DNA of 63,149 bases from the IMG/VR virus record IMGVR_UViG_3300031965_000025, positions 1-63,149 of that record. One strand, 5' to 3'. The translations under genes and the position numbers were made by a program. The notes below the pieces were generated by a model. The model was given only the letters and a program-made list of their open reading frames with translations. It ran no database searches and was not told the DNA's origin. This DNA is from a virus. Its lineage: Duplodnaviria; Caudoviricetes. Positions within the stretch are counted from its first letter, which is position 1; every line of letters starts with the position of its first letter. Positions 45,715 to 53,751 of this stretch are shown one piece after another.

Positions 45715-47576
45715 CCCGCCTCGACTTCCTCGAAGACGGGCTCGGCGTAACACCGGCAATTGTGAATAACGAAATTATCGGCTATGTAGAGCCCTTCCGC
45801 AGTTTGAAGGTTGAATACATGGCCCGAAAATTCACTCCTTCGCTTCTCGATGACGCGCAACAACTTCACGCCCAGGGCTGCACGCTCAAAGACATCGCGG
45901 CTCGTCTTGGTTGCCATCCCGACAACCTCTCTATCCACCTTCGAGAGCGCGGCATCGACACGACGACAGGCAAGCGCCGCCCCACGCACAATCGCAAGGA
46001 TCTCGACACCGAGGCCATTCTTGCCAGCTACATCAGCGGCGTCAGCGAAAAGGCGATCGCCGAAGAGCATGGCGTAGCTCGCGCGGTGATTCGGCGAAGA
46101 CTCGAGGAAAGTGGCATCGAGATTCGATGCCGTAGCGCGGCGATGATCGAGAGAATGAAGCGACTGACGCCCGAAGATCGCAAGGAGCTTGCTCGCCCCG
46201 CGAATGAGTCTCTCCGGGGCGTCAAACAACCTCGACAACAAAGCCTGAAAAGAGCACGGGCCAGACAGGAGGTCATCGGGGCATGTCGCATCGGCGTGGG
46301 AGAGGAAGAGTTCGCAGAATTCCTGGAAAGCAGCGGCGTGTGTTTCGTGCGACAGGCAGCCGTTGAGGCGTACAACATCGACTTTTTGATTGGTGCCGTC
46401 GCCGTGGAACTGCATCGCTCTCCCGGCTACCCGCACAAGCGGAAGAGCCTGAGAAAACGACTCGAATACCTCGCTGAACGTGGGCTGTCGGCGGTCTATA
46501 TCATGTTCCGAGAACTCGACGCTCTTACCGACTCCTTCGATCAGATTCTCGCCGACCTGAACCTCCCCGATGGGCCGCCAACCATCGGAAGTCAATACAG
46601 GGTGATTCGGTGTCGCACGAAGCGTTTTGCCACCCTCCGTAACAAGCTCGGTCAATTCACCGTCGTACCAACGGCGGTACAGCACTTCTGCGATTCCACA
46701 GCCATTGACCTGTGAGTCGCCCGGAAGGCAGTTGAACGCTTCTCCGGGGTGCCCGTCGTCGGGCGGACTGTTCCAGTCGTACACCCTCCCCTCTCGTTCC
46801 CAATGATCGCCGTGCCCGTCTGTGGGCTCGTACAGGCCACCAGGGGCACCCACAACGCGCTCGTCTTGCATGTTGCGCCAGATGTAGCGCGTGACCCCGG
46901 CTGACTTCTGGCGCTCCCCTGTGAGCTGCCCGTTGAGGCTCGCGAGCTGGTCGCGCGCGATGAAGTCGGCTCGGCGCTCTGAAATGCCCGTGCGATGCCG
47001 TAGCGCCTCGCTCAGCGTCTTGTTGTCGAGGTTCCCGCGGAGGTAGCCGTCTTGAATGATGCGGCTCACGTCATCGAGATACGCGCCGTGAATCGACTTG
47101 ATGCGGCTCACGTTGTCGACCACGAAGTTGTCGAGGGTGCGCTCGAGCCATGGCTCTGACGACTTGGGCAGCTCGAAACGAAGGGCGCGCGCCTGACGCT
47201 CCCACCCCTTCTCGTGCAGAGCGTTGGCTCGTACGGCGACGTCTTGCACGATCGGCGACAGAACGCTGACGGAGTACTTTTCGTCGATCACGATGCGAGC
47301 TGCGGCCAGGCGGCGCAGTGCCTCCTTGGAATCGCCCGCGCCGTCGACGTGCAACGCCATGGCAACGCCGAGGGGGTCTTGCGTCTCGCGGCCAGCCAGG
47401 GCGACCAGTGGCCCAAGCACTCGCGCGATGACGGCGATCTGCAGCCGGAGCTTGCGCCGGTAGTCGCGCGCGATCGAATCGAATCGCGGCGGCCTGATGC
47501 GGCGGGGCGGGGCATCGGAGCGGCTGTCGCCTGGGTCGTCGAACGCTGGCGAGGGCTGGGTGAGCAAGGGTTTCAT
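45711..47576 (-). CDS. Head morphogenesis protein (MuF/SPP1 gp7 family), intein-containing
   Basis: RADFIARDQ...GVTRYIWR...DERV...H..REGRVYDW..PP..GHPGEAFN|intein|CRC. Confidence 0.92.
   Translation of the reverse strand: MKPLLTQPSPAFDDPGDSRSDAPPRRIRPPRFDSIARDYRRKLRLQIAVIARVLGPLVALAGRETQDPLGVAMALHVDGAGDSKEALRRLAAARIVIDEKYSVSVLSPIVQDVAVRANALHEKGWERQARALRFELPKSSEPWLERTLDNFVVDNVSRIKSIHGAYLDDVSRIIQDGYLRGNLDNKTLSEALRHRTGISERRADFIARDQLASLNGQLTGERQKSAGVTRYIWRNMQDERVVGAPGGLYEPTDGHGDHWEREGRVYDWNSPPDDGHPGEAFNCLPGDSQVNGCGIAEVLYRRWYDGELTELVTEGGKTLRATPNHPVLTSDGWRPIGEVQVGENLIEGVGKSVEFSEHDIDRRQPTFSEVFESFSQALPLVRVAGRAMQFHGDGTNQKVDVVRLNGCLSHETHAAAFQEFCELFLSHADATCPDDLLSGPCSFQALLSRLFDAPERLIRGASKLLAIFGRQSLHSLDHRRATASNLDATFLESSPNHRASYAMLFGDRLFADAADVAGKNGLGVEILAIVRGAALACRRVDAALSKVDREVVGMATKTSRDVFERAALGVKLLRVIEKRRSEFSGHVFNLQTAEGLYIADNFVIHNCRCYAEPVFEEVEAG
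45759..46730 (-). mobile_element. Intein (324 aa), no in-frame LAGLIDADG/HNH domain
   Basis: N-terminal CLPGDSQV; block B LRATPNHPVLTSDGW; blocks F/G VFNLQTAEGLYIADNFVIHN followed by +1 Cys. Confidence 0.95.
45819..46715 (+). CDS. Antisense-nested HTH-HTH-PD-(D/E)XK (Vsr/DUF559-like) endonuclease; putative intein homing endonuclease
   Basis: GCTLKDIAARLGCHPDNLSIHLRERGI; GVSEKAIAEEHGVARAVIRRRLEESGI; EEEFAEFLESSGVCFVRQAAVEAYNIDFLIGAVAVELH; GAAGG SD. Confidence 0.82.
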   Translation: MARKFTPSLLDDAQQLHAQGCTLKDIAARLGCHPDNLSIHLRERGIDTTTGKRRPTHNRKDLDTEAILASYISGVSEKAIAEEHGVARAVIRRRLEESGIEIRCRSAAMIERMKRLTPEDRKELARPANESLRGVKQPRQQSLKRARARQEVIGACRIGVGEEEFAEFLESSGVCFVRQAAVEAYNIDFLIGAVAVELHRSPGYPHKRKSLRKRLEYLAERGLSAVYIMFRELDALTDSFDQILADLNLPDGPPTIGSQYRVIRCRTKRFATLRNKLGQFTVVPTAVQHFCDSTAIDL

Positions 47577-49780
47577 CGGATCGCGGCGTTCGCGGCCTTG
47601 AGCGCCTCGGCTTCCTTTCTGTCGTCAGGGCCCGTCGTCGTCGCGTAGGTGGCGTTGAACACGGCCAGCCATTTGCGCTGCGCCTTCTCGGCCATGCCGC
47701 GCAGGGGCTTCCCGCCGATCTCGATGCTCGGCAATTCCTCGATCGAGGCGTAGGGGTCGCCCCGTAATGCGTCGAGCCCGTCTTTCTTTGCTCGTCGCGC
47801 CGTCCGCACGTTGTGGCACGACGCGCACACGGCTTCAACGGATCGTGGCTGGTCGTAGCCTCGGGTATGGTCGTACTGCGAAGCCTTCCCGCCGCAATCG
47901 GCGCACTTGCAGTCCTGGGGCGCCTTCATACGCCCGCTCTCGATCAACGTCTGAATCATGCGGCGCGCGGCGCGGACCTTCTTGGGGTCACCGCTCGCAT
48001 CGACCTTGGCTTGAGGCGGAACAGCGGGCCCCGCGAAGGCTGCGGGTGCTGGCTTTTCGCTCGCGAACGCGACCGCCTCGTCGATGATTTTGCGGGCCTC
48101 GGCCTGTGAGAGCTGAAACGCATTCACCAAAATGATGAGCGCGGCCTCTGGAGGCATGAGGCCATCTGCGACGTTCATCACGAGTTCGGCCATGGCCTGA
48201 ACCTGCGCACCGTTCAGAGCCGACTTCTGCACGTCTGTCGGCGCAGCCTGCTCGCCGCTGGCGGGCTCCACGGGTGTGGCCTTGGGCTCGCCCGTGGTTT
48301 CGACTCCGGGCGCTTCTGGGGCTGCCTGTTCAGCCTGGAGGCCGAGATCGCCCGCCATGGCTTCTGCCTCGGCTGCCGCTGCGCTGTCGGCTGGCGCTAC
48401 ATCGTCGAGCAGTTCGACACGTCGCACCTCTGGCCCGCCGTAGAGCGCCTGCCGGCCCTCTTCTGCGCTGACGATGCCGCGGTCGTACAAGATCGCAATG
48501 CCGTCGATGATCGTCTTTTCGCGCGTTGCCTCGGCAACCGGATCTGGCTTGTCGGTGGACGGGAACGAAATGCTCCACGCGTCGGGCGCGGAGCCGAACG
48601 GCCCTTCTGTCGCGAGCAACAGATACAGCGCCACCCTCTCGAGGTTAGGCAAGAGCAGGTTTTCGCAGAACGCTGATACGCGCGACTCCCAGAGCTTTCG
48701 CCCGCCTGCGTCGTCGGTGCTCAGCCCGCCCGGTGGCGTTCCGAACAGCCGCGACAGAGGCATTTCCGCCGCGCCCGCGAGCGACTGCGCCAGGCGATCG
48801 TAGAGCGCTTCAAGCCCCGTCACCGAGGCGGCCACGCGCGCGAAGTCTTCTTTGTCGGCGTCGATCACCGTCATGCCGGTCATCGACTTACTCAGGTTGA
48901 CGGCGGCCAGTCTGGTTGTGAGCTGGGTCAACCCGTCCGGGGCGTGGGCCATCTCCTTGAGGCCCTTGATCTTCATGATCGCCATTTCGAACTCGTGCAC
49001 GATATGCGCGATCGAGCGGTTCACCGCCTTGAAGTCCATTACCTCGTCGAACACGCGCTGGAGCACGCTCTGGCTCCAGTAGTTGAGCACCTGGCGCCGA
49101 CGCTTCGTAAGCGAGCGCCCGTCGAACCGAAGCATACGGGTGTGGTGGATCTCAGGTACGATGCCCCCGTCGAACTCTTCGATGTCGACTGCGAGCACGC
49201 CGAACTCTTCTGGGTGCACCCAATAGGTCAGGGGCTTGCCGAAGTTCGGGCCCGGCGTCTGGTCGATCTGGTTCGGCTCGAGCGCCCACCGATCGCAATC
49301 GAGGGCCCACTTGACGCGTTTGATCTTCGTCACGTCGACGGGCTCGTTCATCGGCTGCCCGTCGTCGATACCGAGCAAGACGGCACCGCCGCCGTAGAGT
49401 CGGCCCCATGTGGCTGCGCTCTGCATCGCCGACCACAGGTCGAGGCGCTTGAACTCTTCGTCCATGAGCGCCGGCTCGTCGAGCCCGCCGAACTCGGCAC
49501 CGAGCGCAAACGCGCTCTCGACCACCTCGTCGACGATGCGCGCGGCGTACACGTTGAACTCGTACAGAATGTCGAGCTGCTCACGCGCGAGGTCAGGCGG
49601 ACGGGAGAGCGTGTCGTGCATCGACTTGTCGGCGCCCGTTCCGAGCCCGCTGATGAGGTTGATCAGCCCGCCGCCGCGGGAGTCGGAGCGCAGCTCGAAT
49701 GCGCCGGGCTCGACCTCGACAAACTCAGCCGTCACGACATCGCGGCGGAACAGGCTCAAGAAGCTTTCGAAGATGCTCAT
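47573..49780 (-). CDS. Portal protein (DUF1073 type) with C-terminal HNH-like and ChaB-like domains
   Basis: WGRLYGGGAVL, IHHTRMLRFDG, MPLSRLFGTPPGGL; CADC..DH..Y...CASCH; PYASIEELP...AQRKWLAVFNATY. Confidence 0.88.
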   Translation of the reverse strand: MSIFESFLSLFRRDVVTAEFVEVEPGAFELRSDSRGGGLINLISGLGTGADKSMHDTLSRPPDLAREQLDILYEFNVYAARIVDEVVESAFALGAEFGGLDEPALMDEEFKRLDLWSAMQSAATWGRLYGGGAVLLGIDDGQPMNEPVDVTKIKRVKWALDCDRWALEPNQIDQTPGPNFGKPLTYWVHPEEFGVLAVDIEEFDGGIVPEIHHTRMLRFDGRSLTKRRRQVLNYWSQSVLQRVFDEVMDFKAVNRSIAHIVHEFEMAIMKIKGLKEMAHAPDGLTQLTTRLAAVNLSKSMTGMTVIDADKEDFARVAASVTGLEALYDRLAQSLAGAAEMPLSRLFGTPPGGLSTDDAGGRKLWESRVSAFCENLLLPNLERVALYLLLATEGPFGSAPDAWSISFPSTDKPDPVAEATREKTIIDGIAILYDRGIVSAEEGRQALYGGPEVRRVELLDDVAPADSAAAAEAEAMAGDLGLQAEQAAPEAPGVETTGEPKATPVEPASGEQAAPTDVQKSALNGAQVQAMAELVMNVADGLMPPEAALIILVNAFQLSQAEARKIIDEAVAFASEKPAPAAFAGPAVPPQAKVDASGDPKKVRAARRMIQTLIESGRMKAPQDCKCADCGGKASQYDHTRGYDQPRSVEAVCASCHNVRTARRAKKDGLDALRGDPYASIEELPSIEIGGKPLRGMAEKAQRKWLAVFNATYATTTGPDDRKEAEALKAANAAIR

Positions 49781-49781
49781 G

Positions 49782-51131
49782 CTACTCCCACCAGTTCCAC
49801 GCCGAATGCTCGTTGATGTAGATCACGGCCTGGCTGAAGCTGTCTACGATGTCTTTGAACGTCGCATTGGGGAACGCGACGTGCTCCTCGATGAAGTCGT
49901 GCAGCCATGGTGCGCGCTCGGGAAGCAAAACGTTACCCGACTCGAAAGCCGTACTGGAAACCTGCGCTCGCAAATACTTCGAGGTGCGGGGCTCGTACGG
50001 CGTCAGCCCTGGCACCTTGCCTTCTAGCAGGTTTAGCAGACCGTAGCCGTTGGCTGCCTTCTCAACAAGTTTGACGGTGGCGTCAGGGTAGCGCTCCGAG
50101 ACGAATTTGAACCGCTCGAGCAGGTCGGTAAGCTCGCCCTTGAACGCGTGCAGGTCGGCGACGTACAGCTTGGCGCCCTTTCGCGCGAGCACGACGATCG
50201 AGTTGCGCGCGCTCGTAGCCGAGTCAGTCAGGGCCGCGTCGACCGATATGATCCACTGGTCGATGTCGGCGGGTAGCTCCTCGTACCGATTTGCAAACCA
50301 CGGCCGCTTGAAGAGCTGGCCCTCTTTCGCGCTCGGGCGCTGTTGGTACAACCCCGCCCAAACGCGCTCGCCGACAGCCACGCGGATCTTGGCGAGCGCT
50401 GCGGCGTCGTAGCGCTCGGGCACAAGAGCGCTGCCGAGCGCGCGCGAAAGCACGTCGTCGATCTCAGCAACGGCCGGAATGCGAATGTGGTTCCAATCGG
50501 GGTAGTCGGCCTTTTTCTCGATGTAGCCGGTGAGATCGTCTTCGACCCAGCGGGTCATGATCACGACGATCGAGCCGCCAGGCTCAATGCGGGTTTGCGC
50601 GACCGAATCCCACCAGTTGTTGGTCCTCTCGATGTAGCGCGGGCTGTACGCCGTCTCCCAATCTTTGATGGGGTCGTCGACTACGAGGAGGTCGGCGCCC
50701 TTCCCGCTCAGCCCGGCACCTACGCCCGTGCAGAACATCCCGCCGCCCTGCGTCGTGCGGAAGTTCGCGGCGCCCCTGAGATCTTTTCGGAGCTTGTGCT
50801 TGAGCTTGTCGGAGTTCTCGAAGGTGTCGCGCACCTTGAGCCCGAACTCCGCAGACAGGGTCGACCCATACGACGCGGAAACGACGCGCTTTTGCGGAAA
50901 CCAGTCGAGGAACCACGTAGGCAGCCAGACGGAGCCAAGCTCGCTTTTGCCGTGGCGCGGCGGAACGTTGAGGATCACGCGCCCGTTGCCTCCCAAGACC
51001 GCATCTTCGAGGACTTCGGCAATGTGGGTGTGCATCGCCCACGCGTGCCAGGCGCCCTCCGATACGTGCTCAGCGAAGCTCGCGAGGCCAAACCGCCAGC
51101 TCTCGCGAATGACGGCCGGGGCGCCGATCAT
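49782..51131 (-). CDS. terL: Terminase large subunit
   Basis: Walker A PPRHGKS, Walker B VVDDP, MTRW, YQQRP, ISVDAA, KDIVDSFSQA. Confidence 0.95.
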   Translation of the reverse strand: MIGAPAVIRESWRFGLASFAEHVSEGAWHAWAMHTHIAEVLEDAVLGGNGRVILNVPPRHGKSELGSVWLPTWFLDWFPQKRVVSASYGSTLSAEFGLKVRDTFENSDKLKHKLRKDLRGAANFRTTQGGGMFCTGVGAGLSGKGADLLVVDDPIKDWETAYSPRYIERTNNWWDSVAQTRIEPGGSIVVIMTRWVEDDLTGYIEKKADYPDWNHIRIPAVAEIDDVLSRALGSALVPERYDAAALAKIRVAVGERVWAGLYQQRPSAKEGQLFKRPWFANRYEELPADIDQWIISVDAALTDSATSARNSIVVLARKGAKLYVADLHAFKGELTDLLERFKFVSERYPDATVKLVEKAANGYGLLNLLEGKVPGLTPYEPRTSKYLRAQVSSTAFESGNVLLPERAPWLHDFIEEHVAFPNATFKDIVDSFSQAVIYINEHSAWNWWE

Positions 51132-51134
51132 TGG

Positions 51135-51746
51135 CTACTCGCCAGTGGCGGCGCGTATCCTCGTCTGAATCTCTTTGAGGACGCGGCGCGATTCCTTATC
51201 GGCAAGGAGCTTCTGCATCAGCTCATGCTCGTCGGCCGCGTCGGCCGCGTTCGTCTCGTCATCGTCGACAGACTCGACGCCGCGGGCCTGGCGCTCAATA
51301 CGGACGGCGACGTCAAACATGCGCGAGCCGCGCATCATGAGCGAGAGCAGGTCAACGATCGGCCGGCTTTGCAGCTCGTTGATGACCGCCTCCCTGTCGT
51401 CGCGCATTTTCAGCACGATCGCGGTAGGCACGAGCGCGAGCACCTGTTGAACGGCTTGCGCTGCCTGCGCGTGCCGCTCGCTCATTTTCAGGATCTCTTC
51501 GATGGCGTGTTGACGCTTCAGGCTGTCTTGGTAGCGATCCCATGCCTCGCACCGATGTACCCAGAAATGATTTGCCGACCACCGCATGAGAAGGCTTGCC
51601 GACTTGCCGAGGCTTTCGGCAAGTGCCCGGCACGAGCGGTTGCCCTTCATGTCTCGGTACCCGACGAACGCCGCCCATGCTTGCGAGCTTTCGCGCTTCT
51701 GCCGCTCCCAGGGCTTCAGGTTGGGGTCGATCGTGAACAGCGACAC
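51135..51746 (-). CDS. terS: Terminase small subunit (putative)
   Basis: PWERQ..ES.QAWAAF..YRD...RS..LA...RWS...W..R..AWD; directly upstream of terL. Confidence 0.75.
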   Translation of the reverse strand: MSLFTIDPNLKPWERQKRESSQAWAAFVGYRDMKGNRSCRALAESLGKSASLLMRWSANHFWVHRCEAWDRYQDSLKRQHAIEEILKMSERHAQAAQAVQQVLALVPTAIVLKMRDDREAVINELQSRPIVDLLSLMMRGSRMFDVAVRIERQARGVESVDDDETNAADAADEHELMQKLLADKESRRVLKEIQTRIRAATGE

Positions 51747-51962
51747 TTACCGCCCCCTGACCTGCACCGTGTGAGCCGCGGTGTCTACGTCGACGTTGAC
51801 GACGACACGCGGGCAATGGGGGCAGTTGTTCTTGATGATGAGCCGGAACGCGGGTGCGGCTGGCGAGGCACTCGCGCGCTCGGCTGCGATCACGGCGTGT
51901 TTGCAACACCGAACCTCGGGCGCTTGCGCGAGCACCCGATCGATGACCTCGCCGTATGTCAC
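51747..51962 (-). CDS. Small Cys-containing protein
   Basis: GTGA-coupled ORF. Confidence 0.45.
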   Translation of the reverse strand: MTYGEVIDRVLAQAPEVRCCKHAVIAAERASASPAAPAFRLIIKNNCPHCPRVVVNVDVDTAAHTVQVRGR

Positions 51963-52783
51963 GCGGCGGCCTCGTCGCGGCGAGCCTTCTCGGCTCGGCA
52001 CAGGGCGATCAGGGCCGCGGCTCGCTCGTCGCCGAGTATCTCCTTGACGACCTCAGCCTCCGGGCCGTCGAGCACGAGCACCAGACGGAACACGTTCGTG
52101 TCGCGCTTGATCGCGGCTTTCTCTTCCTCTGACTTCGCCTTCGAGATTTTCTTTTCCATTTCTCGAAGCTTCGACGACGCGTGATCGCTCACGTCGACGT
52201 CGCGATTCAAGCCGACCTCGGCATCGTCTCCGAGTCGCATGGTGGCGGCCTCAGCCGACTCGGGCTCCCAGGCGTCGTTGAACTCTTCGCCCATGAGCAT
52301 CTCGGGTACGGGTATGTCGTCGAGCATGCGCTGCAGCTCAACGTCGTCCATCAACAGCGCGTCTTGCGCGAAGTCGAGGGCCCCAAGCTCACGAAGGTCG
52401 CGAAGGAGCTGAGCAGTAAGCTCGATGTCTTCGGAGCCCCTGGCGCGATTGTGGCGCAATGTCGACACCCGCATTTGCTCGGGCGTCATGTCGACGAACA
52501 CCACGGGTAGCTCCGGGTACCCAAGCTCTGCGGCGGCGCGCCACCTGTGCTCCCCGTCGACGATGCGGCGCGTGGGCCGGTGCACGATGACGGGCTGGGT
52601 AAACCCGTCGTCGCGCATCGACTTGAGCAGAAGCTCAAAATCTCGTTCTGATTGGCGGTTCGGGTTGTACTCGTTGGGCTCGATCGAATCGATCGGCACG
52701 TACTCGATTGCGAGGCGCTCGAGCTTGTTCGCGAGCGCCTCGACTTGCTTCTGACCCTTCTTGCGTCTGGCCACTGCCTGCAC
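51959..52783 (-). CDS. ParB/Srx-like domain protein (IbrB/YbdM type)
   Basis: IEPNEYNPN, DGFTQPVIV, IVDGEHRW, STLRHNRARG. Confidence 0.9.
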   Translation of the reverse strand: MQAVARRKKGQKQVEALANKLERLAIEYVPIDSIEPNEYNPNRQSERDFELLLKSMRDDGFTQPVIVHRPTRRIVDGEHRWRAAAELGYPELPVVFVDMTPEQMRVSTLRHNRARGSEDIELTAQLLRDLRELGALDFAQDALLMDDVELQRMLDDIPVPEMLMGEEFNDAWEPESAEAATMRLGDDAEVGLNRDVDVSDHASSKLREMEKKISKAKSEEEKAAIKRDTNVFRLVLVLDGPEAEVVKEILGDERAAALIALCRAEKARRDEAAA

Positions 52784-52791
52784 CTCGGTAG

Positions 52792-52865
52792 TAGCGGGAG
52801 GCGGATTTGAACCGCCGACCTACGGCTTATGAGGCCGTCGAGCTACCAGTCTGCTCTATCCCGCT
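52792..52865 (-). tRNA. tRNA with CAT anticodon, initiator-like scaffold, no encoded CCA
   Basis: AGCGGGA acceptor stem, GAGC D-stem, ACGGC-CTCATAA-GCCGT, GGCGG-TTCAAAT-CCGCC. Confidence 0.93.
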
Positions 52866-52992
52866 AGATGCCCGTCTCTCCGGGCCGTCACGCCATCGTC
52901 AGGCGTCCTACTCGTGCATCGCCACGTTTTTTGAAGGTCGTCTCTGCCGACTTGCGCCGGCCCCTGAGCACGAACAGCCACGCCTCGACCTC

Positions 52993-53029
52993 GCCTAACA
53001 ACGTAGGCGCCGACCTCGCTCGATGTCAA
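52993..53029 (-). promoter_or_regulatory. Promoter TTGACA-N18-TACGTT with a class B operator (52993-53008) over the -10
   Basis: Perfect GCCTA-N6-TAGGC upstream of the tRNA. Confidence 0.7.
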
Positions 53030-53751
53030 CGACGTAACACAACGGTCCGCGTTTCCTGCCAATCAACCCACGCTTGTGGGAGCCCACAACGCACGGCGTA
53101 ACTGCGCCAGTCGAACGATCCAACGGTCGGCGCCTCTTCGTAGACCGACCAGTCTACCGACAGGCCCGAGACGTCGGAGCCGATGAACTTGCGCGCGACA
53201 CGACCACCGTTCGAGTTGCCGCAGAAACTCGCCGAGGGCTGGAGGTGCTCAACCACGCTCGGAACGGTGGCCCATGCCTCGATGCGACAACGCCCGAGGA
53301 ACAGCCGCCAACGCACGTCGTCGTTGTGAGGCCCAATGTACGCCGATGGAACCTCCGAAACCCACGCGAGGAACGAGCGTACGAGACGCACAGGCATTAC
53401 GACGCCGAGGGCGGCCAACGGGTCGCGAATTCGCAACCAGTGGCACACCGGCCGGTTGAATGGGTCTGGCTGGCTCCGCTGGGTGAACAGCCAGATCGGG
53501 TCGGCGGGCCTGACGGCGACCAGGGCCTCGACAGTGGCTTTGAAGTCGGCGCATAGGCCGATGTCGTCTTGGAGCACGCAATGGTGTGTCGAGCCCGTTG
53601 TGAGCCCCCACGACCACGCCTTGCGATTGGTGGCCCATGCGCCCTCGCGCGCGACGTCTTGCACGATCCGAGCGCCCGTGACCCTGGCGAGATCGGCGAC
53701 GATGGCCCGCCGCTCGGGCACCCATGGCGCGTGCTGAATCGAGTACGTCAC
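53026..53751 (-). CDS. Glycosyltransferase-like protein (GT-A)
   Basis: HHCVLQDD...ATVPSVVEH. Confidence 0.6.
   Translation of the reverse strand: MTYSIQHAPWVPERRAIVADLARVTGARIVQDVAREGAWATNRKAWSWGLTTGSTHHCVLQDDIGLCADFKATVEALVAVRPADPIWLFTQRSQPDPFNRPVCHWLRIRDPLAALGVVMPVRLVRSFLAWVSEVPSAYIGPHNDDVRWRLFLGRCRIEAWATVPSVVEHLQPSASFCGNSNGGRVARKFIGSDVSGLSVDWSVYEEAPTVGSFDWRSYAVRCGLPQAWVDWQETRTVVLRR

Noticed and set aside
45633-45818. Longer 360-aa start for the antisense nuclease
   Set aside because: It overlaps the 45529-45714 gene and lies outside the intein; ATG 45819 has an SD and begins the HTH region.
50343-52184. Long antisense ORFs (also 53724-55553, 6655-8037, 17905-19155 and others)
   Set aside because: Shadow frames typical of high-GC DNA with no domain motifs, unlike the intein-nested ORF.
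51959-52783. ParB as a plasmid partition system
   Set aside because: IbrB-type motifs (HNRARG), linkage to a PAPS reductase, and no ParA.
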